Of a DNA stretch of 64,000 bases, positions 12,255 to 23,671 are shown piece by piece. Position 1 is the stretch's first letter, and each line of letters starts with the position of its first letter. Under the pieces are notes generated by a model, which was given only the letters and a program-made list of their open reading frames with translations, ran no database searches and was not told the origin of the DNA. Made by a program: the position numbers and the translations under genes. This DNA is from Octopus vulgaris (lineage: Eukaryota): assembly GCA_951406725.2 (NCBI GenBank), contig OX597833.1:17112001-17176000 (forward strand), in the 5' to 3' direction.

Positions 12255-13642
12255 GTCATCTTTTATCCATTTCAGTCATTAGGCTGCGGCCATGTTGGAA
12301 CACCGTCTTGGAGGGTTTAGTCAAACAAATCAACCCCAAAACTTGATTTTTTTTAAAGCTTGGCGTGAAGCAGGGTTGTGTCCTGGAATCGACTCTCTTC
12401 AGCATCTTCTTCAGCATGATGCTCAAGCATGCAAATGAAGATGTGGAGGATGGGGATGGGGTGTATGTCAGGTACCGTCTGGATGGCAACCTCTTCAATC
12501 TACGGCGTCTCCAAGCCCACACCAAGACCCAGGAGAGGCTGATCCGAGAACTTCTCTTCGCGGACGAGGCTGCTCTCGTCGCCCACACAGAGCAAGCTCT
12601 ACAGCACATTACGTCTTGCTTTGCGGACGCCTCGAGGCTCTTTGGCCTGGAGGTTAGTCTCAAGAAGATGGAGGTACTTCACCAACCTACACTCCAAGAG
12701 GAATACCGCCCACCCCACATCACTATCTGCGGTACCGAACTGAAATCAACACAGCAGTTCACATACTTGGGCTGCATCATCTCATCCGATGCAAGGATCG
12801 ACAAGGAAATTGACAATAGACAAAGGCAAATAGGTCCTTTGGCAGATTGTACAAACGTGTTTGGCACAATAATAACCTGAAGAACAAGACAAGGATTAGC
12901 GTCTACAGGGTCGTGGTTCTCACCACTCTCCTCTACGGCTCGGAGACCTGGGTCACCTACCGCAGTCATATCCGTCTCCTCGAGCGCTTCCACCAGCGAT
13001 GTCTCCGCACCATCCACAACATTTACTGGAGTGACTGCGTCACAAACATTTAAGTTTTGGAGCAGGCCGAGATCCCCAGTATTGAAGCCATGCTAATGAA
13101 GTACCACCTCCGATGGACAGAACATGTCTTCAGAATGGAAAACCATCGCCCTCCTAAGATTGCCCTGTTTGGCGAACTCTCCACCGGCCACCGTGAGAGA
13201 GTAGCCCCGAGAAAACGCTACAAAGACTGCCTCAAAAAGTCTCTCACCGCATGTCATGTTGACCACCAATGCTGGACAGACCTGGCTGCGGACCGTGATG
13301 CCTGGTGCCAAACGACCTTCAACGCGGTCAACGAGTTTGAAGAACATAGAAGAGTCGCGCATAAAGACAAAAGACTCAAGAGGAAGGCCCGAGCAGCCTC
13401 TGACACCACACCGAGTGTTACCTTCGTCTGTGGACACTGCTCACGGACCTGCCTTTCCCGCATCGGGCTTGTCAGTCATGAGCGTGCATGCAGACGACGT
13501 GGACAACTTTCCTAATCTTAGTTCGCGAAAACAAGCCATGATGACTTTTTAAAATGTTACTTATTGTATCGATCCCTCTTCTCGATTCGCTAAGTTACAG
13601 CGACGTAAAAAGAAAGCAACACAAGCTGAAAACGGGAGTGTG

Positions 13643-13683
<41 letters not shown>

Positions 13684-13885
13684 ACATACTCACACACACA
13701 CACACTCACACACACACACACATGCACGCACACATATATGATGTGCATATCACTCAAAAGGTATTGGTCGACCCGGAACTATAATAGGAGACAGCTGCTC
13801 AAGATGCAGTCCAATGGGACCGAACCCGAAACCACATGGTTGCAAAGCGAGCTTCTTAATCACACAGCCATGGCTTCTTCCAGTA
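12255..13885 (-). mobile_element. SINE family A split by the RTE insertion
   Basis: 3' part at 12255-12360 and remainder at 13546-13885 are collinear with family A. Confidence 0.75.
12361..13544 (+). mobile_element. 5'-truncated RTE-clade LINE (RT 3' half, C-terminal C2H2-like finger), pseudogenised
   Basis: GVKQGCVL..LFSIFF, LFNLRRL, LLFADE (decayed FADD), FTYLG, LLYGSETW, LERFHQRCLR, CGHCSRTCLSRIGLVSHERAC; frameshift near 12820, stop near 13051; short (ATG)n tail; GC-rich relative to flanks. Confidence 0.93.
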
Positions 13886-14174
13886 AAAGAATTTGATATA
13901 AAATACCGTAAATAAGTAGTCATCCGTCTCACCTGTTCTTTCTCTGAAATCCTCATTGTCAGTGACTCAATGCTCACAACTACTACAAGTCCTGTCACAC
14001 CTCTCATGCCCTTACGGTTGGCACAGGACCAAAATCATTTGCCATAATGAACTCTCTGCACCATTTAGCATCATGATCTCATAAGGACACTATGTAGTCA
14101 CCCTGTCTACTGGAAATAGCTGTCAAGTTTCCCTCATATCGTCATATCCTGCTGTCGTAAACGAAAAAAAGACG

Positions 14175-14580
14175 CTCTTTATTCTCTTTTACTCTTTTAC
14201 TTGTTTCAGTCATTTGACTGCTGGAGCACTGACTTTAGTCGAGCAAATCGACCCCAGGACTTATTCTTTGTAAGCCTAGTACTTATTCTACCGGGCTCTT
14301 TTGCCGAACCGCTAAGTTACGTGGACGTAAACACACCAGCATCGGTTGTCAAGCGACGTTGGGGGGACAAAAACAGACACACAAACTCACACATACATAT
14401 ATATATATACATATACATATATACGACAGGCTTCTTTTAGATTCCGTCTACCAAATCCACTCACAAGGCTTTGGTCGGCCTGAAGCTATAGTAGAGGACA
14501 CTTGCCCAAGGTACCACGCAGTGGGACTGAACCCCGAACCATGTGGCTGATAAGCAAGCTACTTACCACACAGCCACTGT
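14175..14580 (-). mobile_element. SINE family A, near full length
   Basis: Reverse complement of 1299-1705. Confidence 0.88.
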
Positions 14581-14865
14581 CTTGTATTTTTTATCTATTA
14601 CTTGTTTCGGTCATTGGATTGCGGCCATCGTCTTCAAGGGTTTAATCGGAAAAAAAACTCAACTCCGGTATTTATATTCTTAAAAGTATGATACTTATTT
14701 CATCGGTCGCTTTTTGCCGAATCGCTTTGTTACGGGAACATATACAGACCAATCCCAGTTGTCACAGGGTGGCGGGATAAACAATGACACACACGTACAT
14801 ACATACATACATACATACATACATACATACATACATACATACATACATACATACAGGTATATATA

Positions 14866-15242
14866 GGCCAAAGTGTGGCTGTGTAGTAAGAAGGTTGCTT
14901 CCCAATCACATAGTTCCGAGTTCTGTCCCACTGCGTGGCACCTTGGGAAAGTGTTTTTTTTCTATAGCCTCAGGCCGACCAAAGACTTGTGATTGGATTT
15001 GGTAGACAGAAACTGAAAGAAGGCGGCGAGTTGGCAGAAACGTTACCACACCGGGCGAAATGCATTATCGGTATTTCGTCTACCGTTACATTCTGAGTTC
15101 AAATTCAGCTGAGGTCGACTTTGCCTTTTATCCTTTTGGTGTCGATGTAATCGACTTAATCCCTTTGTCTGTCCTTGTTTGTACCCTCTATGTTTAGCCC
15201 CTTGTGGGCAATAAAGAAATGAGAAACTGAAAGAAACCCGTC

Positions 15243-15298
<56 letters not shown>

Positions 15299-15510
15299 CG
15301 TGTGTGGGTCTGTATTTGTACCTGTGTTTGTCACCCCATCATCTCTTGTCTACCGATGTTGATGTGTTTACGTCCCCATAACTTAGCGGTTCGGCAAAAA
15401 GTGTCCAATAGAATAAATTCTAGGCTTACAAAGAATAATTTCTGGGATCGATTTCTTAGACTATAAAAAATTATCCTTTAAGGCCGTGCTCCAGCATGGC
15501 CGCAGTCAAA
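14866..15510 (+). mobile_element. SINE family A with a nested SINE B (15022-15221)
   Basis: TSD agaaactgaaagaa at 15008-15021 and 15222-15235 flanks the B copy. Confidence 0.85.
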
Positions 15511-15914
15511 AAGGATGCATCTATCTCTCTCTATATATATACACATACATGTGTATATATATAGAGAGAGAGAGATGTAGTGGGACCGGTGCATCAGCAT
15601 GATCGCAGCTCTGAGCTGAAACTAGAGAAAAAAAAAATATATATATATATACACACGCACACACACAGAGGACAGGTTTCCACAGTTGCTGTCAACCAAA
15701 TTCACTCACAGGGTGTTGGCCAGCCCCGGGTTTATAGTAGAAAACGCTTGCCCAAGGAGTCACACATTGGAACTGAACCCAAAACCACGCGGTTTCGAGC
15801 CAAGCTTCTTAACCACACAGCCATGCCTGCTCCTATCTGAGACAAAAAAGGAAAAAGAAAATTGTTATAGTGGCAATGGGTTATGTCTGTCAGTCCAGCT
15901 TGACATGAGGATAA

Positions 15915-15970
<56 letters not shown>

Positions 15971-16172
15971 ACCACCACCACCACCACTACTATGTGTATC
16001 CTGAATCAGGATACACAGACACTCTAAACTGCTTTGATCTTTTTCTCACTCAAAGCCAGTCTTTACCCACCCGACATTACATTTGCTCCCGGCCCCGATG
16101 TATCGTCTCTGATTTTCCAATCTTGGCAATACACAACCCAACACCCACTCCTTCTCAAACTCTTTTGGAAGC

Positions 16173-16292
16173 ATGAGACGTTTTGGCACAGCTGTTTAGG
16201 GCCCCACTTCTTTGGTACCGCTGATTCGACGCTGACTTATTTGACATCAGACGTTTTAATATTTCTCCTGCTTTCTCGCTCTCTTCCTTCCT

Positions 16293-16334
<42 letters not shown>

Positions 16335-16634
16335 TTTCTCTCACTTATCCCTTTGTGCATTTATGTGTGTGAGCGTATTTTTTATGTGCATGAAGAGAGG
16401 GAATGTGTTTATGTCAATGGTCTTCAATTAATATAGTGTAATCTCCCTCTGTCTGTTTCTCTCTCTTTCTACTCTCTCTACTCTCACACTCTTTCTATCT
16501 CTATGTCTATATTTTTCACTCGTAAACGTATGTGTGTAAGAGGAGGTGTTTGCCTCCAGTGCCAAAACAGATCGACTGCCCAGTCAGCCGTGCCATATAA
16601 TCAGCGTCAAAACAGCTGTGCCCGATCGTCTCAT
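16173..16634. mobile_element. MITE-like non-autonomous DNA element with internal (CT)n
   Basis: Terminal inverted repeats atgagacgttttggcacagctgttt / aaacagctgtgcccgatcgtctcat; second copy at about 31866-32233 shares gctgattcgacgctgacttatttgacatcagacgttttaatatttct. Confidence 0.7.
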
Positions 16635-16784
16635 TCTGCTCTTTTGGTATTTCAAAACTCCAGCGAACTCCCTGGAGCCTTACAAGTTTTATATCGTATA
16701 TGTTTTTGCATCAAACTTGTTTCACTGTCATCCCATCCAAGACAATTAAGCAGGTAATCATATCTATCCAATTATATAAAACAG

Positions 16785-17130
16785 ATTAAAATAGCCATCT
16801 ATGTATCATGCTTAATGTAAATACACTGTCACTTCACCAATTACGACGGTATTTGTCCTTCTTTTATGAGCCTGTTGTGTTTCAAAATACAATAAACATC
16901 AGAGAGAGACGAAAATTCGTCCTAGCAGAGGACAGTTATCATGCCAGATGTATTTCGGCCTTTTGGGTGCCTTTTCAATGACGCGTACTCGGAGCCAGCC
17001 ACATGGTAATATCAGACGAGAATTAATCACCTCTGATATTATGAGGAAAAGTGAATAAAATATTCACTGATGTTGCGAAAAGCCGCCCAACTGATTAAAA
17101 ATTTTGCATACACAATTGAAGCTGTATTAG
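16785..17130 (-). mobile_element. Dispersed ~345-bp monomer of a hammerhead-bearing (retrozyme/Penelope pLTR-like) repeat
   Basis: Collinear blocks shared with the 29065-30380 array: ttaaaatagc.atct.tg.atcatgcttaa, acgaaaat.cgtcc, hammerhead, tcactgatgttgc, ccaactga.taaaaatt. Confidence 0.7.
16941..16986 (-). ncRNA. Type I hammerhead ribozyme-like motif, U3-A8 core
   Basis: Minus strand GUCA-UUGAAAA-GGC(ACCCAAAAG)GCC-GAAA-U(AC)A-UC-UGGC: stem I GUCA/UGGC, stem II GGC/GCC, minimal stem III, AUC site. Confidence 0.6.
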
Positions 17131-17189
17131 ATGAAAAACAAATATCTGCATCATATTTGATATATACAAGGTAGAGCTTTTCTTTTGTG

Positions 17190-18640
17190 GGATGAAAAAA
17201 AAACAAAAAAACAAAAAACAAAAGAAACAAAAAAAAGTGGCGTAGGTTTTCGATCAAAAGGGATCGTAAAGGGGGAAAAAGAAAAAAAAGGAAAAAAAGG
17301 AAAAGAAAAAGAAAAAAGGAAGAAAAAAGAGGAAAAAAGGGGGAGAGGAAAAAAATGATCAATAGGGATCGTGTATCACAGTGTCATGATGTACGGTGTA
17401 AAGGATAAAGCAGATGAGGTTTATCCGTGGGAAGAAAAGCCTACGAAAAAGACCACGGTAACCTCGGTCAATATTGTTATATGTTACCACATTTGTTTGC
17501 AAGTGGGTAAACCTCTGTTTTCAATTTCTGGGTTCATAGGATTATGCTCAAGGTGGCTTCGTCATTCATACGTGCTATCCTTGCTACATTCACCCATCTT
17601 TTTTTAAAACATTCGCTAGACAAAACTTGCCTCTCTACTCTCACTTTCCTTTTCAAGTGGTACTTGAAGAAGTTGATGAGAGATTGACCAGAGAGGAAAG
17701 TGTTTGTCTCCAATCCTTTCAGACGCGTCCACCAGATACATTCCTTCGCCATAGCCACAAGGATGATGAAAATAGCTCTTCCTTCCCGTTTGAAGGAAGG
17801 AGGCGTGACAATATTGACGATAGACTCAGCTGATAAACCGGCTCGTCCCACATGTGACAGCAGTTGTTCGACACAAGCCCACAGGTCGGAAATTGTTGGA
17901 CACTGCACGAGTGCGTGCAGAACGGTTTCGTCGCTCTGACCGCATCTCGGGCAGGTCGGCCCCGTGTTTCTCGAGCCGTGTGTGTAGAGCTTATCCCGAA
18001 CGGGTAGCACTTCTCGGTAGCACTGCCAGGCCAGGGATCTCTGGAAGTTGTCCATGGGCCCTGGCCCGAAAGTCGTCCCGAACAGGCGGGTCAGGTATTC
18101 CTCGTCGACGTCCAGGTTCGCCCCGAGCTCGTTATCGTACCTCCCCTCCACTAATCCCCTATAGAATGCTTTGGTTGTGATGGAGTCACTCAAGGTCGAC
18201 CCAGGACGGCAGAGTTGCTTGAAAGCAACGCGACATTCGCGGTGCCATTCGCCCTTCCTCGGCCTCATTTTGATCCACGACTGCAGTTCGGTCATGGAGA
18301 CGAGCTGCGGGAAAGCGTGCCTCACAAACGGCGACCACACCTGTCCACCGTCGTCTACGAAGAGCCTGAGATGTCGCAGTCTCAGCGCGTGTCTGCCCAT
18401 CATCAACCACGGCATGCCCAGTCCTCCTTTTAACGGGTGTTGACAGCAAATGGATCGCCTGACAATCGGGATGCATCCTTTCCACAAGAAGCGAAAGAGA
18501 ATGCGTTCTAGTTTGGTGATGGTAGGGTCGGGACAAGGCACGACGGTCAGGCGGTAGTAGATGACGGACGTGATGTACGTGTTCGCCACCTCCGCCCGAC
18601 CTTTTAGGGACAGTTTCCTCTCGGCCCATTGCCGAGCGAG

Positions 18641-18641
<1 letters not shown>
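17190..18641 (-). mobile_element. 5'-truncated L1/Tx1-clade LINE; ORF2 C-terminal region still open (17534-18589)
   Basis: LSLKGRAEVAN, LFRFLWKG, KGGLGMP and zf-RVT-type CPRC..ETVLHALVQC; T-rich 3' UTR; truncated at a (GATA)n tract. Confidence 0.88.
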
Positions 18642-18954
<313 letters not shown>

Positions 18955-19564
18955 GTCTTTTCCCCAGAAAGAATTAATATGAAATAATGAAGTTTTAATC
19001 TCAGGTTGCATCGTAATATTAATTATGACAATTGTTTTTTGGTAATGATTTCAAACAATAATTTATGATAACTTGATCGTCTTCAATTGCTGCTGTCCTA
19101 AAAAGCTGAAGTCTTAGAAAGAGAAGAAAATAAATAAATATTACTGTTGTTTTGATACTCGTTTAATTGCACAGTTCTCAGAATTGAAACCTGATAGTAA
19201 AATTAATTATTAGCTGTGTTATTGACTCTCCTATGGATGAGCCGTAGAAATATTTCATTTAGCATTTGTCAAGATATCATATATACACCGTAATGTGTAA
19301 CGGAGCTTTGTTATGGCATTATTTTCTTTTAAAAGATTTTGCCCTTGAGAATAAAAAAGTATATATATGAAAGGAACATAATTACATTAATATTGAGAAA
19401 TTAAAGTAAATATTATTTTAAAAATTCAACTGGAAAGATGTTGCAACACATGTGAATGCACGCAACGATACAGAGTAATTTCATAAGTTAGTGTTAGAGT
19501 AAAATAAAATAAATTTATTATTATATCTTAATATTGTACTTTTATATTTTTACAGAAAGTATAT

Positions 19565-20162
19565 ATTTCTTAACTGCCCACAAGGGGCTAAACACAGAGG
19601 GGACAAACAAGGACAGGCAAAGGGATTAAGTCGATTACATAGTCCCCAGTGCGAAACTGGTACTTTAGTTATCGACCCCCGAAAGGATGAAAGGCAAAGT
19701 CGACCTCGGCGGAATTTGAGCTCAGAACGTAACGACAGATGAAACACCTATTTCTTTACTACCCACAAGGGGCTAAACACAGAGAGGACAAACAAGGACA
19801 GAGAAACGGATTAAGTCGATTACATCGACCCCAGTGCGTATCTGGTACTTAATTTATCGACCCCGAAAGGATGAAAGGCAAAGTCGACCTCGGCAGAATT
19901 TGAACTCAGAACGTAACGACAGACGAAATACCTATTTCTTTACTAACCACAAGGGGCTAAACACAGAGGGGTCAAACAAGGACAGACAAACGGATTAAGT
20001 CAATTATATCGACCCAGTGCGTAAATAGTACTTATTTAATCGACCCCGAAAGGATGAAAGGCAAAGTCGACCTCGGCGGAATTTGAACTCAAAACGTAGC
20101 TGCAGACGAAATACTGCTAAGCATTTCACCCGGCATGCTAACGATTCTGCCAGCTCGAAGCC
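19565..20162 (-). mobile_element. SINE family B trimer with ~23-bp TSD
   Basis: Three cores; tttatat(t/c)tttacagaaagtata at about 19541-19563 and 20164-20186. Confidence 0.9.
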
Positions 20163-20549
20163 TTTTATATCTTTACAGAAAGTATAGCCAGAACAGTTAC
20201 ATTTAAATCTATTATGTTAAAAATAAAAACCAATAAAATTTAACTTACTACATACCATGAACAATGAATTTTTCGGGGAAATATAAAAGAAATGATTGTC
20301 GAAAGCATTTATGGATAGTTTGGAAATCAGAAATTTCGTTTCGATTTGTTTTACAAAAGCAAACGTTACCTCTCTTACAACTTTGATCCATAGTCTTAAC
20401 TGGTTGTTTTTAAGTTTCATTTTAAACGTGGGGAATGAACAGACATAATACATAGTCCATGTTACCCTATACAATTCTTATCGTGCGCAAGGGGCTATAG
20501 CAAAAGTGTGCTCTAGATTGTGAAAAAAAGAACCACATTAGAACACCTA

Positions 20550-20930
20550 ATGAGAGCCAAGATTTTATTCCTTGAGTAACAGAATGGATTTCATGCCGGA
20601 CGTTGGCACAGTGGGAATGTTCTTTTTTTTCTTCTTTTTTTCTTTTTTTTTATTTGTATCTTTCACCAAGCTACCATCTGTTTTGTTTGACAATCTGACC
20701 AAAGCCTTTATTAGTATGTGCTGTAAAACACTATAAAAATATTTTAGAAACTTGACATTTCACCAAAATTCCTTGACGTCATCGGCACATTTTACAATAT
20801 CATGGAGTCTGTAGTGCTATCAAACGGATCAATAACACCGTCATTTGAGGTCACATTGGTGTGGAGCAAGGGGACGTTTTTGCACCAACTCTCCTATTTT
20901 TTATTGTGAACTGGCAACGGTAAAAACATC
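20550..20930 (+). pseudogene. Highly decayed RTE-like reverse transcriptase remnant
   Basis: Frame fragments QNGFHAGR, FDNLTKAF, GVEQGDVFAPTL. Confidence 0.55.
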
Positions 20931-21617
20931 ATCATGGAAGACCATAAGTGAGGTTTAGAGACGTCTTGAAGTGGAATTTCACGCTCTATGGCACCTAACC
21001 AAAGGAGTTCGAGGCTAGAAGAGGGCAATGGGTGAATGTACAAAAATTAATACATAAAGATTACGTGATATACGTTTTTACATTAAACTCAAATATATTT
21101 AACTAATGAAAGAAAAAAAAGATTCATAGACTTCTCCATGATTATCTCCATTGAAATAGAATTCAAGAATCAACAAACGATGTTTGTGTGGCGGGGTGGG
21201 GTGGATGTGTTTGTGTCTTTGTGTTTGTATTTGTTCCTCTAACCGCTTGACAACTGGTGCTGGTTTATTTACGTCCCTTAACTTAACGGTTCAGCAGAAG
21301 AGACTGATATATTGAGTACTAGACTTAAGAACAAATACTGGGGGTGATTTGTTCGACTAAAAACAAAGATCCTTCACGGCGTGCCCCAGGAGGGCCGCAA
21401 TCCAAGGACAGAAACATGTCAGAAATAAAAAAATAAAATATTAGATTCGGTTGGAGTTGATGGGACAATTGTAGCGTGTATACAGCGGAAGCAGTTAACC
21501 ATTTAGCATTCAAACTGGTCGTATCTGGTCCAAATATTCCACATGCTTTATGTTCAAACTGGCTAGATCTGGTCTCTCACACCTGCCTTACAATGTCATT
21601 CAAAAGATAGGTAATCA

Positions 21618-21788
21618 GGCGCAGGAGTGGGTATGTGGTAAGTAGCTTGTTTACGAACTACATAGTTCCGGGTTCAGTCCCACTGAGTGGCACCTTGGGC
21701 GAGTGTCTTCTACTATAGCCTCGGGCTGACCAAAACTTTGTGAGTGGATTTGGTAGACGGAAACTGAAAGAATCCCATCGTATATATG

Positions 21789-21833
<45 letters not shown>

Positions 21834-22048
21834 TTGTGTGTCTGTATTTGTCCACTCCCCAACATCACTTGACAACCGATGCTGGTGTGTTTACGTCCCC
21901 GTAACTTAGCGGTCCGGCAAAATAGACCGATATAATAAGTACTAGGCTTACAAAGAATAAGTCCTGGGGTCAATTTGCTCGACTAAAAGGCGGTGCTGCA
22001 GCATGGCCGCAGTCAAATGACTGAAACAAGTGAAAGAGTAAAAGAGAA
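21618..22048 (+). mobile_element. SINE family A, full length (older partial copy at 21205-21425)
   Basis: Collinear with 1299-1705. Confidence 0.9.
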
Positions 22049-23007
22049 TCACATCATCAAAATCTAGAAACTACGAAATTATCCATGATTAATTCAAAAC
22101 AAGATGGGCAAATAAGCATCACATGTGACAGGGTAAACTGAATGTTGAACGGCTAAAAAAAATGTCGAGTGTATATAACAAAAGAACTCGACACTTTTAA
22201 AAAGAAGGGAAGGAGAAGAATGTTGGGAGCAGTCAGATTGTCAGGCTAACGGAAATGACAGTTGTGGAAGGTATTTCATTGAATAGGCAGGGCAGGAGGG
22301 CAAAGATGGTACAAAAAAGGGAATTCGGATGTCAGGTGTATGTTTGAGGTTAACGTACGGAGAGAGAGATGCTGTCAAGAAACTGGGTTAGGTGAGTGGA
22401 ATACGGCATTAGCCATACTAAAGATACATAGGAATTCGTAGCATAAGTAGACTAAAGTAGTCCTTATATGAAGCAAAAAACACATCGCGGTTTTTTTCTA
22501 ATTATGTAAAAGACTTCATATGGAAAATTGTTTAAAATTGTATCATAGTACACGCAGCTTCGTTTAAGACTGATTCATTCTTCGCGGATCCAGGATTATG
22601 TACTACGCTCAACTGCAAACCATGTTGCGCTTACTACGGATTGGTTTATGATAACACAGGTCAGCGATCATTCGAAAATTCTGTTTTGTTTGTACTCCAG
22701 TGATCACACACAATGTTCAGCTACCTAGAATGCACTAATTATCGCTTGTGTTTACAACGAGTCTGCGCATGTTTGGTACGGATTTATACTCGTACCCATC
22801 AACACGGGATCAATGAACAGAAAAGAATATGGTGCCTGATCTTTACAAACGAGGCAGATGAATGTAGTCTCATTAAGAAAATACATGACGGGGGAAGCAT
22901 CGCAGTTGTGGACAACGTGTTTAGTGTCAATGACTCTGCTATTCGATCCATTTACAAAGTGCGTGGAGGTGATTCATTTATCACTGATTAATTTACTAGT
23001 GTTTCTT

Positions 23008-23316
23008 ATTGTTTTGTTTATTCCTTCTCGAGCCATGCCTGGCTCATTAGGGCCGGTTTCCCGGTTTCTTGGCGTATAGGTTCCCCACCTGGACGGGACG
23101 CCGGTCCGTCGCAGGTGAGCTGCAAGATGCAGGAGGAAAGAGTGAGAGAAAGTTGTGGCGAAAGAGTCAGCAGAAGTTCGCCATTACCTTCTGCCGGAGC
23201 CGCGTGGAATTTAGGTGTTTCGCTCATAAACACATACATCGCCCGGTCTGAGATTCGAACCCGCGATCCCTCGACTGCGAGTCCGCTGCTCTAACCACTG
23301 GGCCATGTGCCTCCAC
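23008..23316 (-). mobile_element. SINE family C1, full length with 22-bp TSD
   Basis: gattaatttac(t/a)agtgtttctt at 22986-23007 and 23317-23338. Confidence 0.92.
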
Positions 23317-23671
23317 GATTAATTTACAAGTGTTTCTTGTTTTTTGTTTGTTTTTTTTCCAAACCAGTGATGAATGAGAATAGATGTAATATGTTTTCTA
23401 TTTGGGAGCAATGGAGTGGTAAAAAGGATCAGATATTGGAATAAATGCATCTCGATATATAACTTTATCCTTATATTTTCGTTTATACCGGTGTACTTAT
23501 ATTCTTTTCAAAATTCGGCGGCACACCTGAACTAAAAGTATAGGGAAAAAATTATATTCAGGTTACACTGCGGCACACCTAGCATTGTCACTGAGGTTTA
23601 CATTACTTTTCATCCTTCCGGATAAATAAAACTAAGTAACCAGTCAGATTATCAAACTGGTAACATCTTAT

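Noticed and set aside
22240-22430. Possible CR1/Jockey-group 3' remnants (also 24420-24760, 44790-45130)
   Set aside because: Too decayed to read diagnostic motifs by eye.
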